A DNA stretch of 63,658 nucleotides, filler included, from Dirinaria sp. TL-2023a (Eukaryota): assembly GCA_051941275.1 (NCBI GenBank). It is 6 parts of 6 records of this genome, joined end to end, with 100 filler letters (N's around TTAATTAATTAA, not from the genome) between each part and the next. Parts side by side here need not be neighbours in the genome. Positions count along the whole stretch, not along the records: positions 31,933 to 42,446 come from JAVEBF010000930.1; positions 42,547 to 53,054 come from JAVEBF010000931.1; 4 more parts are not named here. One strand, 5' to 3'. Below, one piece after another: positions 39,565-52,532 of this stretch. The notes beneath the pieces are model-generated. The model was not told where the DNA came from. It searched no databases and saw nothing but the letters and a program-made list of their open reading frames with translations. Position numbers and translations under genes: made by a program. Each line of letters opens with the position of its first letter. Position 1 is the first letter of the stretch.

Positions 39565-42446
39565 CTACATGTTTGCAATCCACGAGTAAGCCTCCTGGAT
39601 CTGCCTCGAAGTCTTTGAGATCTGCGCAACACCGATGTCAGCTTCACGTGGATCATCTGCTGCTGACCGTGATGGACCTACATTCTGCTGGGTAAAGGCT
39701 TCGAAATGATTGCCTGGAATCTCCAGTACTTTGATGCTTTGCCCAACTAGCTTCTCCCATGCCGCGATGGCTTGTGACCGCGTTTGCTGATCGCTAAGCC
39801 AAGGGTACCGGACGCCGCAGAGCCCCTCGCTATCGAAGGTATCCCGGCTGCGCAGCATGACAACCTTTGCTACAATTTGACTGGATTGAGGCGGCCTGTA
39901 TTTCCCAAGGAGTGCAGCATTTGCCTGAAACTGCTTGGAAACACGTTCGCTCACAGCTTTGGTGGAATCTTTCGATGAGAGCGATCGGGAGACATGTGCA
40001 ATGACTGCATGAGGTAAAGGCTCGTGGTTGACTGGATAAGGCGAGTCGATTAGAATGATGCCTTCAACATCTTTGCCCTCCTCACGTAATTGATGGGCTA
40101 CCTGAAAGGCAACCACTCCTCCAAAGGAATAACCTGCAATAAGTCAAATAGATGCTAGCGTAGGTTCAAGGCCAATTTCCGAAAACTGCAGCAAGTGGAA
40201 AACCCTGAATTACTCACCGCCAAGGATGATAGACTTCTCTGTCGATGCACTGATGAGTGAAGCGTAATTCTTAGCCATGTCTACGAGAGTCGAAGGCTGA
40301 TCCTGGCTGTCGAAGAAGCCAGGGTTGTTGAAGCCATAGAGATCGCAAGCTGGATCCTCGACTTGAGAATACATATTGCTCATTCCACTTCCATCATGAA
40401 AAAGATAGAGTGAGGCGGTCTCTGATTTGCCCTTCGCGAGTAACAGCATAGGAGATTTTTTCTCCAGAGCTTTTCGAACTTGCACAAAGTGTGTCTCATC
40501 AAGACCCATTGATCTTCGATGCTGGTTTCGCGCCTTCGTGTCAGGGACATCGTCCTCGGCGACTCCGTCATTTGGTGTCTCTACACCGGAGGTGGGAGCG
40601 GTGGACATCATTGAGCCTGCGCTGGCGGACAATATAGCTCCTTCTAGGTCCGCAATGGTCTCACAATGCATCAATACATCGTCGTCGACATCTTGATCGG
40701 GAAAGGTCTTCTTGATTGCATTGACCAACTCCAAGATCATCAGCGAGTCCACACCAAGACCCTTGAGCTCGGTTGAAGCTTGCACTTTGTGCTCGGGAAT
40801 TTCGCAGACTTCGGTTATGATTCGACTGACCTTCGCTTTGACTTCTTGATGATTTACAGTTGCTTCACGGGGCGTTGCGGGACTCATTGACCCATCGACG
40901 GGCGTTGATGGAGCTGATGACACTGCGGAGGCTTCAGGTTTCCTTGACGGCTGAGGCTCTGGTACCTCGATTTTCCCAGATTTGCCGATGCTGCGCTCCA
41001 ATACAGATTTGAATGATGCAAATCGGAGCCTCTTAAAATGCATACCTTCAATAGCAGCAACCAATTTGCCATCCGAGTCTTGAGCATAAGCGTCGGCAAG
41101 CAGTGTGCCTTCGTTGTTGTCAAAAATACTGCAATAGACGGTAAATGTTTGGGTGAAATCAATTTCGCCGTACAAGCTCTGTATGGACTCAACTTTGCCG
41201 CAAATGCAAGCTTCACTTGTGCGTACACTCGTATTTGCAACAAAGCCTGCTGCGTGCAGCAGGGTATCGATGAAGACCGGCGAAGTTATCCCTGTCACCA
41301 TATCCGCGTATACAGGAACTCGAAAACTTCCGTAACCTTCACCACTGGACTCTGATACGCTAAAAGATAACAACGATTGGTATTCCTCCGAGTAGTCAAC
41401 GACTCGAGAGAAGATATTCTGGTAGAGCATCTTCGTCTGAAAGTTGTTTAAATTAACGCCACCACCGGCCAATAGATGAGCCTTTTGTCGCTTGACAAGG
41501 GCGCCTTTTCGGATCCAGCCACCCTTCACATTCGAGGTCGTCTCTGCGGAGATTTTGCCTGAACAATGTACCGTTTCAGACCGCTCTCCGTAGGCTTGAG
41601 AGAGAACATTGAAGTGGAGGTCGGTGGTATCAGGGGCCTTCTGCAGGATGACGTGGAGCGCTTGCTGCTCGTTTGCAACATCGTAGACCAATGGATGAGC
41701 AAATACCATCTCTCGGACAACGTATACCGATTCTCCATAGATTTGTTGAGCACTTTGCGCGGCTTCCACAACCAGCTCATGGAAGACAGACGCCGGACAC
41801 ATGGGTGTCTGACTCACAGAATGACCAACGATGTATTTAGCTATTTTCGAAAGATGGGTCTCAAAGCAGAAAGTACTTGAGCTGGACTTTGATTTTACTA
41901 TGTCCGGTAGTAGTATGAAACCAGTCTTCGATTCGGGCATCGAAGTATCATCCGAGGCCGTGAACGACGAGATCTCTTGATAAGGCACGCAGGCTTCTGA
42001 AATGGACATTGGATGCCCAGGCAGATCCACCATTATCGCATGACTGCCATCAAAAACTTTTCGCCACAAAATACCATCCTTCAGAGGATATATTTGGCGT
42101 AGTGAAGCGCTAAGACTTGACCATGCATCACGGTCCTTGAATAGACTCGGTAGGTAACTGCAAGTGTCCATCGACAAGGTGGCTCGTAGCATTGGGAGAG
42201 TGATAGGATGCGGGCCCATTTCCAAAAACAGAGCCCGCTCCATTGACCTTTCCTCCTGCAAATTCTGAATGGACTCCACAAAACGAACCGACTGTCTCGC
42301 ATGGGCAGCAAAATAATCAGAGTCAAGATCTTTCAAGCTCATGACCCTACCGTACACGTTGGACGCAATAGGGATCGTGGGCTCGGAAAAATTGACAGAT
42401 TTTCCTAATTCTGCTAATGGCTCAATCAGCGGATCCATAGCGGCTG
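39565..42446 (-). CDS. Non-reducing iterative type I PKS, 3' half (AT end-PT-ACP-TE); SAT-KS lost at contig edge
   Basis: AT end (HARQSVRF, FLEMGPHP), PT (GHSV..PMCPAS; DTLLHAAGFVAN), ACP LGVDSLM, TE (LFHDGSG, G|YSFGG, ILIDSP, IPGNHF); no KR, ER or MT domain. Confidence 0.92.
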
Positions 42447-42546
42447 NNNNNNNNNNNNNNNNNNNNNNNNNNNNNNNNNNNNNNNNNNNNTTAATTAATT
42501 AANNNNNNNNNNNNNNNNNNNNNNNNNNNNNNNNNNNNNNNNNNNN
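42447..42546. other. Artificial contig spacer
   Basis: Same linker. Confidence 0.98.
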
Positions 42547-43007
42547 CTCTCTCCCAGCCCGGCCCCCAAATCCGGATATCTCCGTTGTTGTCCCATGAGC
42601 AGGTTGTTGGTTTTTTCGTACCCCATCCACTTAAGTCCTTGTGACCGACTGTGCATGTAGGTAAAGCAGGTGCACGCCGATGGCGAAGGTCTCGCTCGCT
42701 ACCTTAGGCATTTTGCCGCCTGGTGGCCTGGGTGGGCCGGCTTGGGGGGGAGAAGGAGCTGAAAATTAGCAATACAAGGAAAGGTACTCGGGAATAGGTA
42801 ATCCACGTACACTGTTCCGGAGGAAGGCAAACCTGAGTACATAGACGAAAACGAGTATCGAGAGAGCATCAAGCGGCTCAGGTGATCACGTCTAGCATCG
42901 AACTGGAGGTCATGCCGTCCCATTAGAATCATATCTGTGGCGTTTGATCACCACATGTCGAGCTCAGATCAATGGGTGCGACCCTATGTGTCTCGCGAAA
43001 TTGAATC

Positions 43008-46000
43008 TCACAACTTCCTACTTGCCAAATCTTTCACCACGTAGACTTGTCCGAATAGATCCGTCACAGTCACGAACACATTCAATGCCCCTATGAGCCT
43101 GGTATCAATGTCTGGGTCCCTCTCCAATTGCTGCATGGCTCTCTCAATCCCCTTTCGCTCCCAATCAGCCAGCTCCATCAGTTGTTCCTTCATTCTGTCT
43201 CCCTCCACTATGCTTCTGGAACCAGAGCTGTTCTCGTTGGTGGCGCCGGCAACCTCAGAGCTTGCAGTCACTGGGCTCCAATCTTCGTTGGCGGCTTGGT
43301 GGAACTCCGAGAAATTCACACAATTGAGATTTCCCTCGGCAATGTCTCGCTTCAGACTACCAAGGTCGTTGTACAATCGACACATCCTCGCCAGATTGCC
43401 GCATAAATCTTCCGCTACGTAGCGCTGTCGTAATGTTCGTAGCAGTGGTGGGGAGCCTCCGGCACTTGCGAGAGCTAGGTAGAGCGCGAAGGAGTAAGGA
43501 CAGGATGTGTGCACGGCTGCGGTGTTGTAAAGCCAGGCGCGGAATGATGTTGCTGCTGCTGAGCTTTGTTGTATGAGAGGCGTGCCTATGGATTGGGTTG
43601 CCGCTGCTGCTTGCTTTTGAAGGAACAAGCTCCTATTGAGCTGGGTCTGCGTAAGATGAGCGTGAAGAAACGCTTTGAGCTCGATATGTATATGATGGAG
43701 GGAAGGCTTGGAGATGCAAGCCGCTTTGGCAATTGCTGTGATGTGGTGTATGAAAAGCCGAATGCTTTCAGAGAGCGATACAGAGGAGGCAAGTAGGGTG
43801 TTTTTTTCAGTGCTATGCACGTTTTGAGGAGCTGGAACAGCGTCTGGGGTAGACTGAGAATCTCTCAACGACTTAGAGCGAGAATTCAGGTCCTGGATCC
43901 GATCATTGATGCGAATATCATGATCTGCACAATCGGATTGGAAGAGAGCGTGAGTGCCAACATTCAGATCCTCTGTTTCATTCCAATGATCAACGCTTTT
44001 AAAAAGATCTTCGATCATCTCTCGCACTGTGGAAACGTCATCGTTTTCTCCGGCATCGAGAGCCATCTCCATAAGTTCATCTGCTTGGAAATTTAGCACA
44101 GATACGCGCATCATATCCAACAACAGTCTCGCAGACATGTTATAACCATTCGTGTTGTTCGCCAGAGCCCACAAGACTGGAATCCATGTGAAGTATTTAT
44201 CCTTGGACATCCCAGCGCGACAGAATGCCGCTCGCCGCACCTCATGCAGCATGGGAAGAAAAAGTTGGCCTTCTGTCCATGAAGCAAGTACGAGCCAGCG
44301 AGGCTGCGATGCCAACAGCGGAAGCTTTTGAAACACATCAGCGAACTTAGCCATTTCGCTATAGTTGATGGTGAGAAGAGTCATTATGCGTTGGCCGTGC
44401 AAATGGGGATGTTCAAGCGGACTCAGAGCGGCAAGAATGTAGGCTTTCGAAATGTTTTGCACCCCATACAGTACTTTTTCAACCCAGAGATACTCAGGTT
44501 TACTGGCCTGACTATGGGCTTTGAGATAGTTGCGACCGCGTAACAAAGCTGAGTGAGTCTGCTGTTTGAAGGATGAGGCTATAGGTAGGCCAGCCAGCTC
44601 TACCAAGGCCAGTATGGCGTACGCTGTCTCCTCTCGAGGCCCCTTCGACCCCCAAGAGCCGTCGCTATTTTGTGTGTGGACTATCCGCAGTAAACACCGA
44701 AAAGCTACTACAATTACCTGGTCGCGGAGCAGCTCCTCGCTTACTGGAGCTAGCTCAAATGCTTCCCAGCATCGAAGCAGTTTTATAAATGCTTGAGCAA
44801 CAAGCATCATTGAGTAATACTCTGATACATTCTATTCAAACCGGATTAGCCTTGTCAACTATAATAGGCTGGGCGATCGCAGAACCTACCCACTTGTCTT
44901 TGACAGGCCCGCACGCATTGAACCACTTTGAAGCTAGGTATTTGGAAACTTTTTCGATAGCCGAGACAGCTCCAGGATCTTGCTGGAGATCCAGTAGCAA
45001 AGCCAACAGGAGGCTGCAATTGGCACTCAGACTTCCACTAGATTCATTTCTATACGTCTCGAAGTGGGTCGCGGTCTCGAATTGCTCTCTCATTTGGCGT
45101 GACAGACCTGGTTTGCCCAGGAGGCTGAGGACTATCGAGGCATTTGCGCTGTCATCTACGTCTGGCTGAATGCCTGGACCTGGATGAAATCGTTAGTGTA
45201 TAACTGACAGAGTAAAGAGGATGCATACTAAACCCGACGAGGCCACCTTCTGGTATCCACTTATCGAAACTCTCAAGAATCAGGTGAGCGTTGGGGTCCT
45301 GTTCAATACAACCAGCTTTGAGCAATATAGAGGCAACCTGTTGGAGATGTTAAATAAAAATTAAGTGTTTCAATCAGGCACATACCCAGATCAGCTCGAA
45401 ATTCGTCGATGGATAAGCACTCGGTACTTCACCCGATCCATTGCCAGCTCCGTTCGAAAGCGTCAAGCGTAGATAGGCTTCTGCAGAGCCATCCCATTCT
45501 TTGCACCGCATCAGAAAAGCTGCTGTAGCGGATGGAGATCCCATAAGACTTCCATTGACTAAGCAATCACGCAAAGTATCGAAAGAGAAGCGCATGTCTC
45601 CATACAAGGCTTCAACAGAGTGCAACAGAGTTGAAGGCACTTTATCGAGCTGCTGCCCTACGAGCACTCTGGAGAGTCTACTGTCCCTCCTGAGAAAAAG
45701 CTCCCGTTTGCCAGGGAACGCGAATACGGCTCCCTCTGTCTCGAGAAGTTCAAGTAACGCCGGAACAAGGATCTCGAAGCCAACACTGTAGCCTGAAAGA
45801 CGCCATGGGCCTCGTAGGCTCTCTGACATATATAAGATTCCCCGACTCCAGCGATCATTTGCTTCATCTTGGAGTCGGATGAGTTGGAGCGGGTTATTGA
45901 CATGTTGCTTGATGGCGAACAAGGCCGCTAACGACGACAGAATTGTTCCAGCTGCGTCCTCTGGATCCCTTTGCGGAGGCCAATGCCAGCCGCCATCGGC

Positions 46001-46189
46001 ACTTTGAGAGTCGAGAAGGGAGCGAAAGCTGGACACAAAGAGCCATTGTCTGGATCCATTGTCGGAAGGTTTGGAGATGCATGAAACCCAGGCAGTATCG
46101 TAGATACTGCAGGTCATAGAACCCAAGCCATATCCCTGCTCGAGTTCCAGTGCCAGTGGCCTAAGGACATCGACAGCTTCTGTGCACAT
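43008..46189 (-). CDS. Bifunctional diterpene synthase (copalyl-diphosphate synthase/kaurene synthase-like), multi-exon; start approximate
   Basis: GSMTCSIYDTAWV, QSADGGW, VGFEIL, LLHSVEA, SPSATAA, VPSAYP; class II PDVDDSA near 45140-45165; QNSDGSWG..EETAYA, LWVEKVLY; class I QADELME and RLYNDLGSLKRD..EGNLNCVNF. Confidence 0.92.
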
Positions 46190-47633
46190 CTCGAAATGTA
46201 GGTGACAGAAGTTGTTCAAAAGACACGTCTAATTCTTCGATCCGGTCGGATGGGGCTGGTCAGAATGCACCAAACGTGCGGAAAGGTTGAGAGTCACCTT
46301 CTGAGATCACTACGAGCGCTCCATACCAGTCTGCTTCCAGCATGATGTAGATTGGCATTATCAGAGTCTGCCAGTCAGCGACACCATACATCTTGGTCGC
46401 CATCGGAGGATCCTGTGAATCTTGCTATCTCCGCATTAGGCCCATTTACTTGCCTTGTCGCAGAGCCTCTCCTCGGTAGAAGAAGGCAGCTAACAAAACA
46501 CTGAATGAGAAAATGGCAAGTAAGGATCCGCGCAGCAACTGCACATAGATATGTAGTCACACTCGCATATGGAATAGTCCATGTATGCTCCGAAGTGCAT
46601 AAGATTAGAGCCATATAGAAGCACCCTGCAGTGGATGCACCTACTGTACGAGTACAGCACGGGTTTCGTTGGAGACTGCTGCACATATCTGTCATTGCCA
46701 CAGGGCGTCAAAGGCAGATTTTCGACCTGCTCGGAGGTAGAATACGCCGACTAGGATCCCCGTAAGACGGAAGCCCAAATAGTGCAGCTTGTGACTGTTG
46801 ATCTCCTTCCGAAGCGTCTTAGCCTGCCACAGAGAACACGCCTACTTTTTCCGAAGTAAGGTATCAAGAGAGGAGACAACGTGCCAGTCTCCATATGGCT
46901 GATGCAGAAAGTTTTCGAGTTGCAGCGAAAAGTTCCGATCAGGGTTCGAAGCACCAATGCAGGAATGAGAGCTATGAATGTCACTCGGATAAAAGCATAC
47001 TGTACATACATACTGGGCTCGGGCTGTTTCTTACCTAAGGTCCGGCTTCCAGAGCGACTAGGGGGTGCGCCGGTTAGGTACGGTACTTACATAAGGTACC
47101 TTACCTTGCAGGTGTGATGTGCCTTGCCTCGAACCGGAATAGCTCTCCTTTGCGGGCGAACAAGAACGGTGCATACCCCCGGAGCCCCGTACAGTACCAT
47201 ACATGGATCTAGGCTCAGCACTACCTACCTAGTACGACTGCCTCATGAAGATCATTTTTCCACACCCATTCATCTACCCACACTACTACGACCTATGCTT
47301 GTCCCACAACCGTGCCTGTTGACGCCTTCAATCAGGCAGTCATCAGCTGGCAGCAATTTGCTGTTTGAAACACGTAGACCACCTGATATGGCTTGCTCAC
47401 CAGCTGCCGCTTTGTGGCACAAGGCTTTGGAAAGATCCTAGGATCGACCGCTGTCCGGTGGAGGGCCCATCCGTCATCCTCACTGGCCTGACGATGTATA
47501 ATACAGGTCATGCAAAAACTCTGGCCAAGCCGTTCCGAGATCTCAGTACTACAGTCAATTGTATGAGGACAGAACGAATTGACTTTCAAGAGGACAATCT
47601 TGGCTGCAACATAGCCCGCTTTATATCGAGGAG

Positions 47634-49473
47634 ATGCACTTGATCGTCTTTTTATCATCCATTCTTGCCTGTCAGATCCATGCATCTGTCATCGTCGCCA
47701 GTCCATCATGTCATCAACGTGTAGGAGATCCAAGCACTGATGGTTCCTCGACCATCCATGCCTTGCAAGATGTCTGTAAACGCTCGAACGCCCACTCCAG
47801 AATGAAATCAGCACAAGAAGCGTGCACAGCCTTGAGAGGACTGTTCAGTGGCCGGTCTCTGGAGAAAGATAATCCAACAATGTATCTTAGTCCGCAGTCA
47901 ACTTCATATGTAAACCGCACAGATTCCAATTGGTTTGTTTAGCAGAAGCCACCCTAGAAAAGTCCGGGCTCTAACATGTTTATTATAGGTCCGATAATTG
48001 CTGGCAGAATGCATCATGTATCATCTCTCCCAAAAACCCCGAAGACGTAGCGAACATTATGAGAATTATTACGAAAACGCAGCCCATTTTTTCCATCCGT
48101 AGTGGAGGTCATGACTTCAATGTCAACCACAGTAGCGTTGGTCAAGGCGGTGTCTTGATCGATATGGTGGATTTTAACCAGACGACACTGAGTAATGACA
48201 GAAAGACCATGACCATTGGTGTTGGCGCACGGTGGGGGGACGTATACCGAGCTCTAAATGGATCTGGAGTCTCGATAAATGGTGCACGAAGCCCAAACCC
48301 AGGCGTTGGGGGACAGACACTAGGCGGTGGTATCGGATGGTTCTCCAATCTTGCGGGCGCTTCGGCTGCCTCTGTTGTCGCTGCTGAGGTGGTACTTGCC
48401 AACTCTTCAATCGTAAGAGCCAGTAAAGAGACCAACTCCGATCTACTCTGGGCGCTCAAGGGAGGAGGACCGAATTTTGGCGTGGTGACATCCTTCACAT
48501 ACGCAACACTCCCGATTGACAAGATCTGGTATGAGTCCAGACTATACGCAGCCGACAAAAACCACCTGCTGCTCAATGCGTTGGTTTTATACCAGGAGAT
48601 GGCTGTTAACGATACAAAAGCGAACATAGTCTATCAGCTATCAGAAAGCGCTTCGTCTCCACAATCCTTTGTCGGATTTCTTTATCTCGATCCGATCGTG
48701 CGGCCGTCTGTTTTCCGTCCGTTCTATGATATTCCCTCAAACTCCACCAGGATCAACTCGACGATCGGTAATCTGGCCGAACTAGCTTCACTGTACTACG
48801 ACCCTGTATATCCTCAAACACCACCTTCACGGTACGTGTTCCATGTATGATTTCCTACCCATGCGGTCCGGCAACAGGTAGTGGGAAATGCGAGAACTAA
48901 CCTTCGTTTACCGGTTTGCAGAGACTACGTTGTTTCTATGCCTCATAAAGTCAACAACGCCACTTACCAAGAAAGCTACGCCGCATACACTGCTTCTGCC
49001 AAGGAAGCAGCTGGCTTCGGTGCAGTCATGAATTATGGCTCGCAGCCGATCATACCACATTCTGCGCGGGCTTCGGTGGATACACCCTTGAATCTCACGG
49101 AAGACAACCAGGACTGTGAGTGCCCTCTTATCCCAAGTCACTCCATTTTACGAATGTCGCCCAACCATCAAAACTGACTGTGGATTTACTCTCAGGGGTT
49201 CATGTAACAATCGAATGGACTTCTGTAAATGATGATGCACGTGCCATTGGGCTGATTCAAAAGTTGGGTGAATCAATTAGATCTTTCGCAGTCGAACATG
49301 ATGCAGACCTATCATACAGGTTCATGAATGATGCGTATGATGGGCAGGCAGTTCTGTCAAGCTACGGCCCCAAGAATGTGGAGCTTTTGCGAAACATCGC
49401 TCGGGCATATGATCCGGAGGGTGTTTTTCAGAAGCTCCAAAACGGTGGTTGGCTGTTGAGCAGGGCACGTTAG
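47634..49473 (+). CDS. FAD-linked oxidoreductase (berberine-bridge/VAO-like, FAD_binding_4) with signal peptide, 4 exons
   Basis: FSIRSGGH, GVGGQTLGGGIGW, DLLWALKGGGPNFGVVT, C-terminal FMNDA..YGPKN..YDPEGVFQ. Confidence 0.9.
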
Positions 49474-50328
49474 AAAATCCCTAATGTGTATAAAAGTAGT
49501 ACCTTAGATAGGTAATACTTCGTGTACGTACTTTTAGGATCAGGACCTCTTCTGTTAGAACCTTGGCAGTGGTCAGATGGGTTTATTGCGGTCGCAGCAT
49601 TGAATTGCACTAAAAGATTGTAGCAGCTAAGACAAGTCAACGGCGCGAATACCTATATGTCCGTGATCTTAACACCGTCGAAGGGACCTCAAGAGCGCTA
49701 GCGACAAAGGCTGACTACCTACATACCTGAAATCACCATTGTAGTCATACATATCTTAAAAGTAGTTCGTATTCTAGTTAACGTTATAGCTACGTATATA
49801 TATATCTTATGCAGGCCGAGACCCTTGGCTATAATTTTGATAACATAAAGTAATTCTGACAACATAAAGTTGACATACATGATTACTAATATTATGCTAT
49901 GATGGGTGGGTTCAAAATCCGGATTCGAACCCTCCCCAGTAACACGATCTGTATTCCTGATCCAAGTCTCTGATTTTTGAATCGAATGCACAAATCTCAC
50001 TACTGAGAATCTCAGGGTGCCAAAAGAGTTCTTTTGGAGAATGTTAGCTCTTCGTTCGGTCCCAGAGTGGCGATGCTGCCACGAGTATGAATGCCCACAG
50101 ATCAGCACTGCTTAAGGCGTTGGTGTCGAGGTCTCCTACACCTGACGTGTCATCGGTCTTGGTGGAAGCAAAGCAAGGGTACCTACCTAGAGTCATATCA
50201 CTTTGACTCGTGGTGACTGTCACACCATCTAATCCTTCGTTCTGATACAATAGCCGCTGGTTGGGAGCTAATCCTACTTCTCTACCTTATTTCCAGGACT
50301 TCGATGACGTTGCGAACCGGTGGAAGAG

Positions 50329-51807
50329 ATGACAGAGTCTAGCGTGCATTACTGCAGTACCTTGGACAGCATCTGGCCCGTAGTTATACAAAATTGGATA
50401 CTGTGTTTCCCTTGCGATACGAGCAATGTTTCGGGCATATCGGAGACTCTCCAGACCGGGTTCGAGAAGACTTTACGGCAGAGACCGTACCTTGCCGGTG
50501 ACTTGATTCGAGAACAATCGGGTCCAAGGGCGGGCAGGCAAAAGCTCATTCACCCAAATGACGAGGACGTCAAGATCAGATTCTCGGTCAATGATCTGAC
50601 CAACAAACCAGAGATCTGGCAGCATTCGTACCAAACGCTACACCAACAAGGAATGCCAATTCGTCAGCTCGATCCCGAGATACTTGTGCCTGCTGGTGGA
50701 TACGACATGTTACAGTCATGTCCGATCGCAGCCCAAGCCAACTTTATTCCTGGCGGATGTCTGCTTGATGTATGTCTCAATCATTCGTTCTTTGACGGGC
50801 TGGGAGGTGCGATGGCCGTGGGTGCCTGGGCCAGGAACTGTAAGGAATTGCAGGACCAGACCCATGTTTCCTCGTCCTTCCATCCCAAACTTGCGCAGAC
50901 TAAGTCATTCGAGTCCAGCCAGGCTAGAATTTTGTCGGTGCTTGAGTCAATCAGACTCCCAAATATATTACAGAACACCCCAGCGCCAGCTGCCGAGGAG
51001 CAGGTAAGGATTCAGGAAAACCTGGTCTCGTGGCAGCTCCTCGGGCTACAGAAGCCGCCCATTGATATGGACTTGAAATTGAATTCGTCTTCGAACGCAG
51101 TCAGTGTTTCTGCGATTTTCGCTGCCACCTCGGAATCGATACTCCGTCTCAAGGCTGATGCAAGCACTGTGAGTGCCCAAGAAGTCGACAGCGAGACTCA
51201 GTCGTTTGTGTCCACCTTTGACGTTACCGCCGCATTGATCTGGACATGTGTCTTAAGGGCAAGATATGCAGACCTTGAAGATAGCGAGAAGGCTCACTCA
51301 CGCCTCCGTATTCCCGTCAACGTGCGCCAGGCCCTGGGCATACCAGATGACTACCCTGGAAACGTGCTCATGAACAGTGTGACCCAGATGCCGGTGGGAA
51401 CGCTCATTGCAGAAGCCGACCGAAAGCGGACGGCATCCAAGATTCGTTCGTCACTCATCTTCAGCAGAGACACTAGCCGAGTACTTGATGCCATCAATCT
51501 CTCCTTTTTTCTCCCTGATATCGCTGCTCGTCGCCCCTTGTTCCCGGATACGACGAAACAGGATCTAGTCCTCACTTCGTGGCAGGACCTGGACTACTAT
51601 AAGCATGATTGGGGCTCCATTTTTGGGCCTTCTGGCAATGCAGCATTTGTCAGGTTGCCTCATGGCTACTTGAAAGGCATATGCGCATTACAGCCGAGAA
51701 GGCTCGACGATGCAGCAGAGGTTCTCATTAGTCTGAAGCCGGATCAAATGACTCGATTGAAGAATGACGAAGAATTCGCGAAGTACTTCAAACTCGTGTC
51801 AATTTGA
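50329..51807 (+). CDS. BAHD/Tri101-like O-acyltransferase, intronless
   Basis: RPYLAG, AQANFIPGG, catalytic HSFFDG (HxxxD), VSTFD..ALIW, LTSW..Y.HDWG. Confidence 0.87.
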   Translation: MTESSVHYCSTLDSIWPVVIQNWILCFPCDTSNVSGISETLQTGFEKTLRQRPYLAGDLIREQSGPRAGRQKLIHPNDEDVKIRFSVNDLTNKPEIWQHSYQTLHQQGMPIRQLDPEILVPAGGYDMLQSCPIAAQANFIPGGCLLDVCLNHSFFDGLGGAMAVGAWARNCKELQDQTHVSSSFHPKLAQTKSFESSQARILSVLESIRLPNILQNTPAPAAEEQVRIQENLVSWQLLGLQKPPIDMDLKLNSSSNAVSVSAIFAATSESILRLKADASTVSAQEVDSETQSFVSTFDVTAALIWTCVLRARYADLEDSEKAHSRLRIPVNVRQALGIPDDYPGNVLMNSVTQMPVGTLIAEADRKRTASKIRSSLIFSRDTSRVLDAINLSFFLPDIAARRPLFPDTTKQDLVLTSWQDLDYYKHDWGSIFGPSGNAAFVRLPHGYLKGICALQPRRLDDAAEVLISLKPDQMTRLKNDEEFAKYFKLVSI

Positions 51808-52532
51808 AGAGGAGTGCGCGAGCACAGTCATGCCTGCAGCCTTGATATAAAGCATGCGCATATCTCGCTACCTTTGCTCCGCTAAGACTTTATGTTCTTC
51901 CTTAAAAAGGATCAAAGACCAAGGAATAGGACTGTTTGGGTGCCCTGCCGCTCGTCGCTGTGCGTTGGTACATGGATATAAATACTTTCACATTATTGAT
52001 GGGTTCCTTTTGTCCAAGCTTCTTTAATCGCTAGTGAAGTAGTAACGCGGGCCTGCCGAGAGGCTGAGCTTAGAGATGTCATGCCTATACTCGTTTCTGA
52101 CCCAAAATGGCACAGCTGAAGCAAATTCCGATGTTCAGTATTTGCCTCGTAAGTGATCTTATGTGAAGTGAAACGACTCTGGTGGTAGCTCAAGTAGCTT
52201 CACCGCGCAGCAGTGGGAGTAGTGGCCGAATAAGCACACCGAATGTGAGCAAAGTGTAAGGATTGATTGCTCAGTCTTACAGAACGCTAGCAGAGGACAC
52301 GGCGGTGGTTAATATACACATCGAATGAAAGCTTGAATAGCACCCGGCTATGCCCTAGAAATGCTACATTTTTTTCTGGTCTCCGCTTAGCTATCTACGC
52401 TCAAGCTCCTTTGCTGCTGCAAAATATCAAATCAGCGTGTCTGGTGAGTGGGGAATATGGATGAATGTCTCCCCCCATTGCAAACCCGTGGGGATATCGT
52501 CGTTCACCAGAACTCGAAACATTTTGGTGTAT

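Noticed and set aside
49900..50020. tRNA gene
   Set aside because: B-box-like motif only; no T-stem pairing, acceptor stem or cloverleaf could be built
39565..51807. Hybrid PKS-terpene (meroterpenoid) super-cluster
   Set aside because: The PKS and diterpene synthase are on different contigs separated by an artificial spacer; no physical linkage is shown
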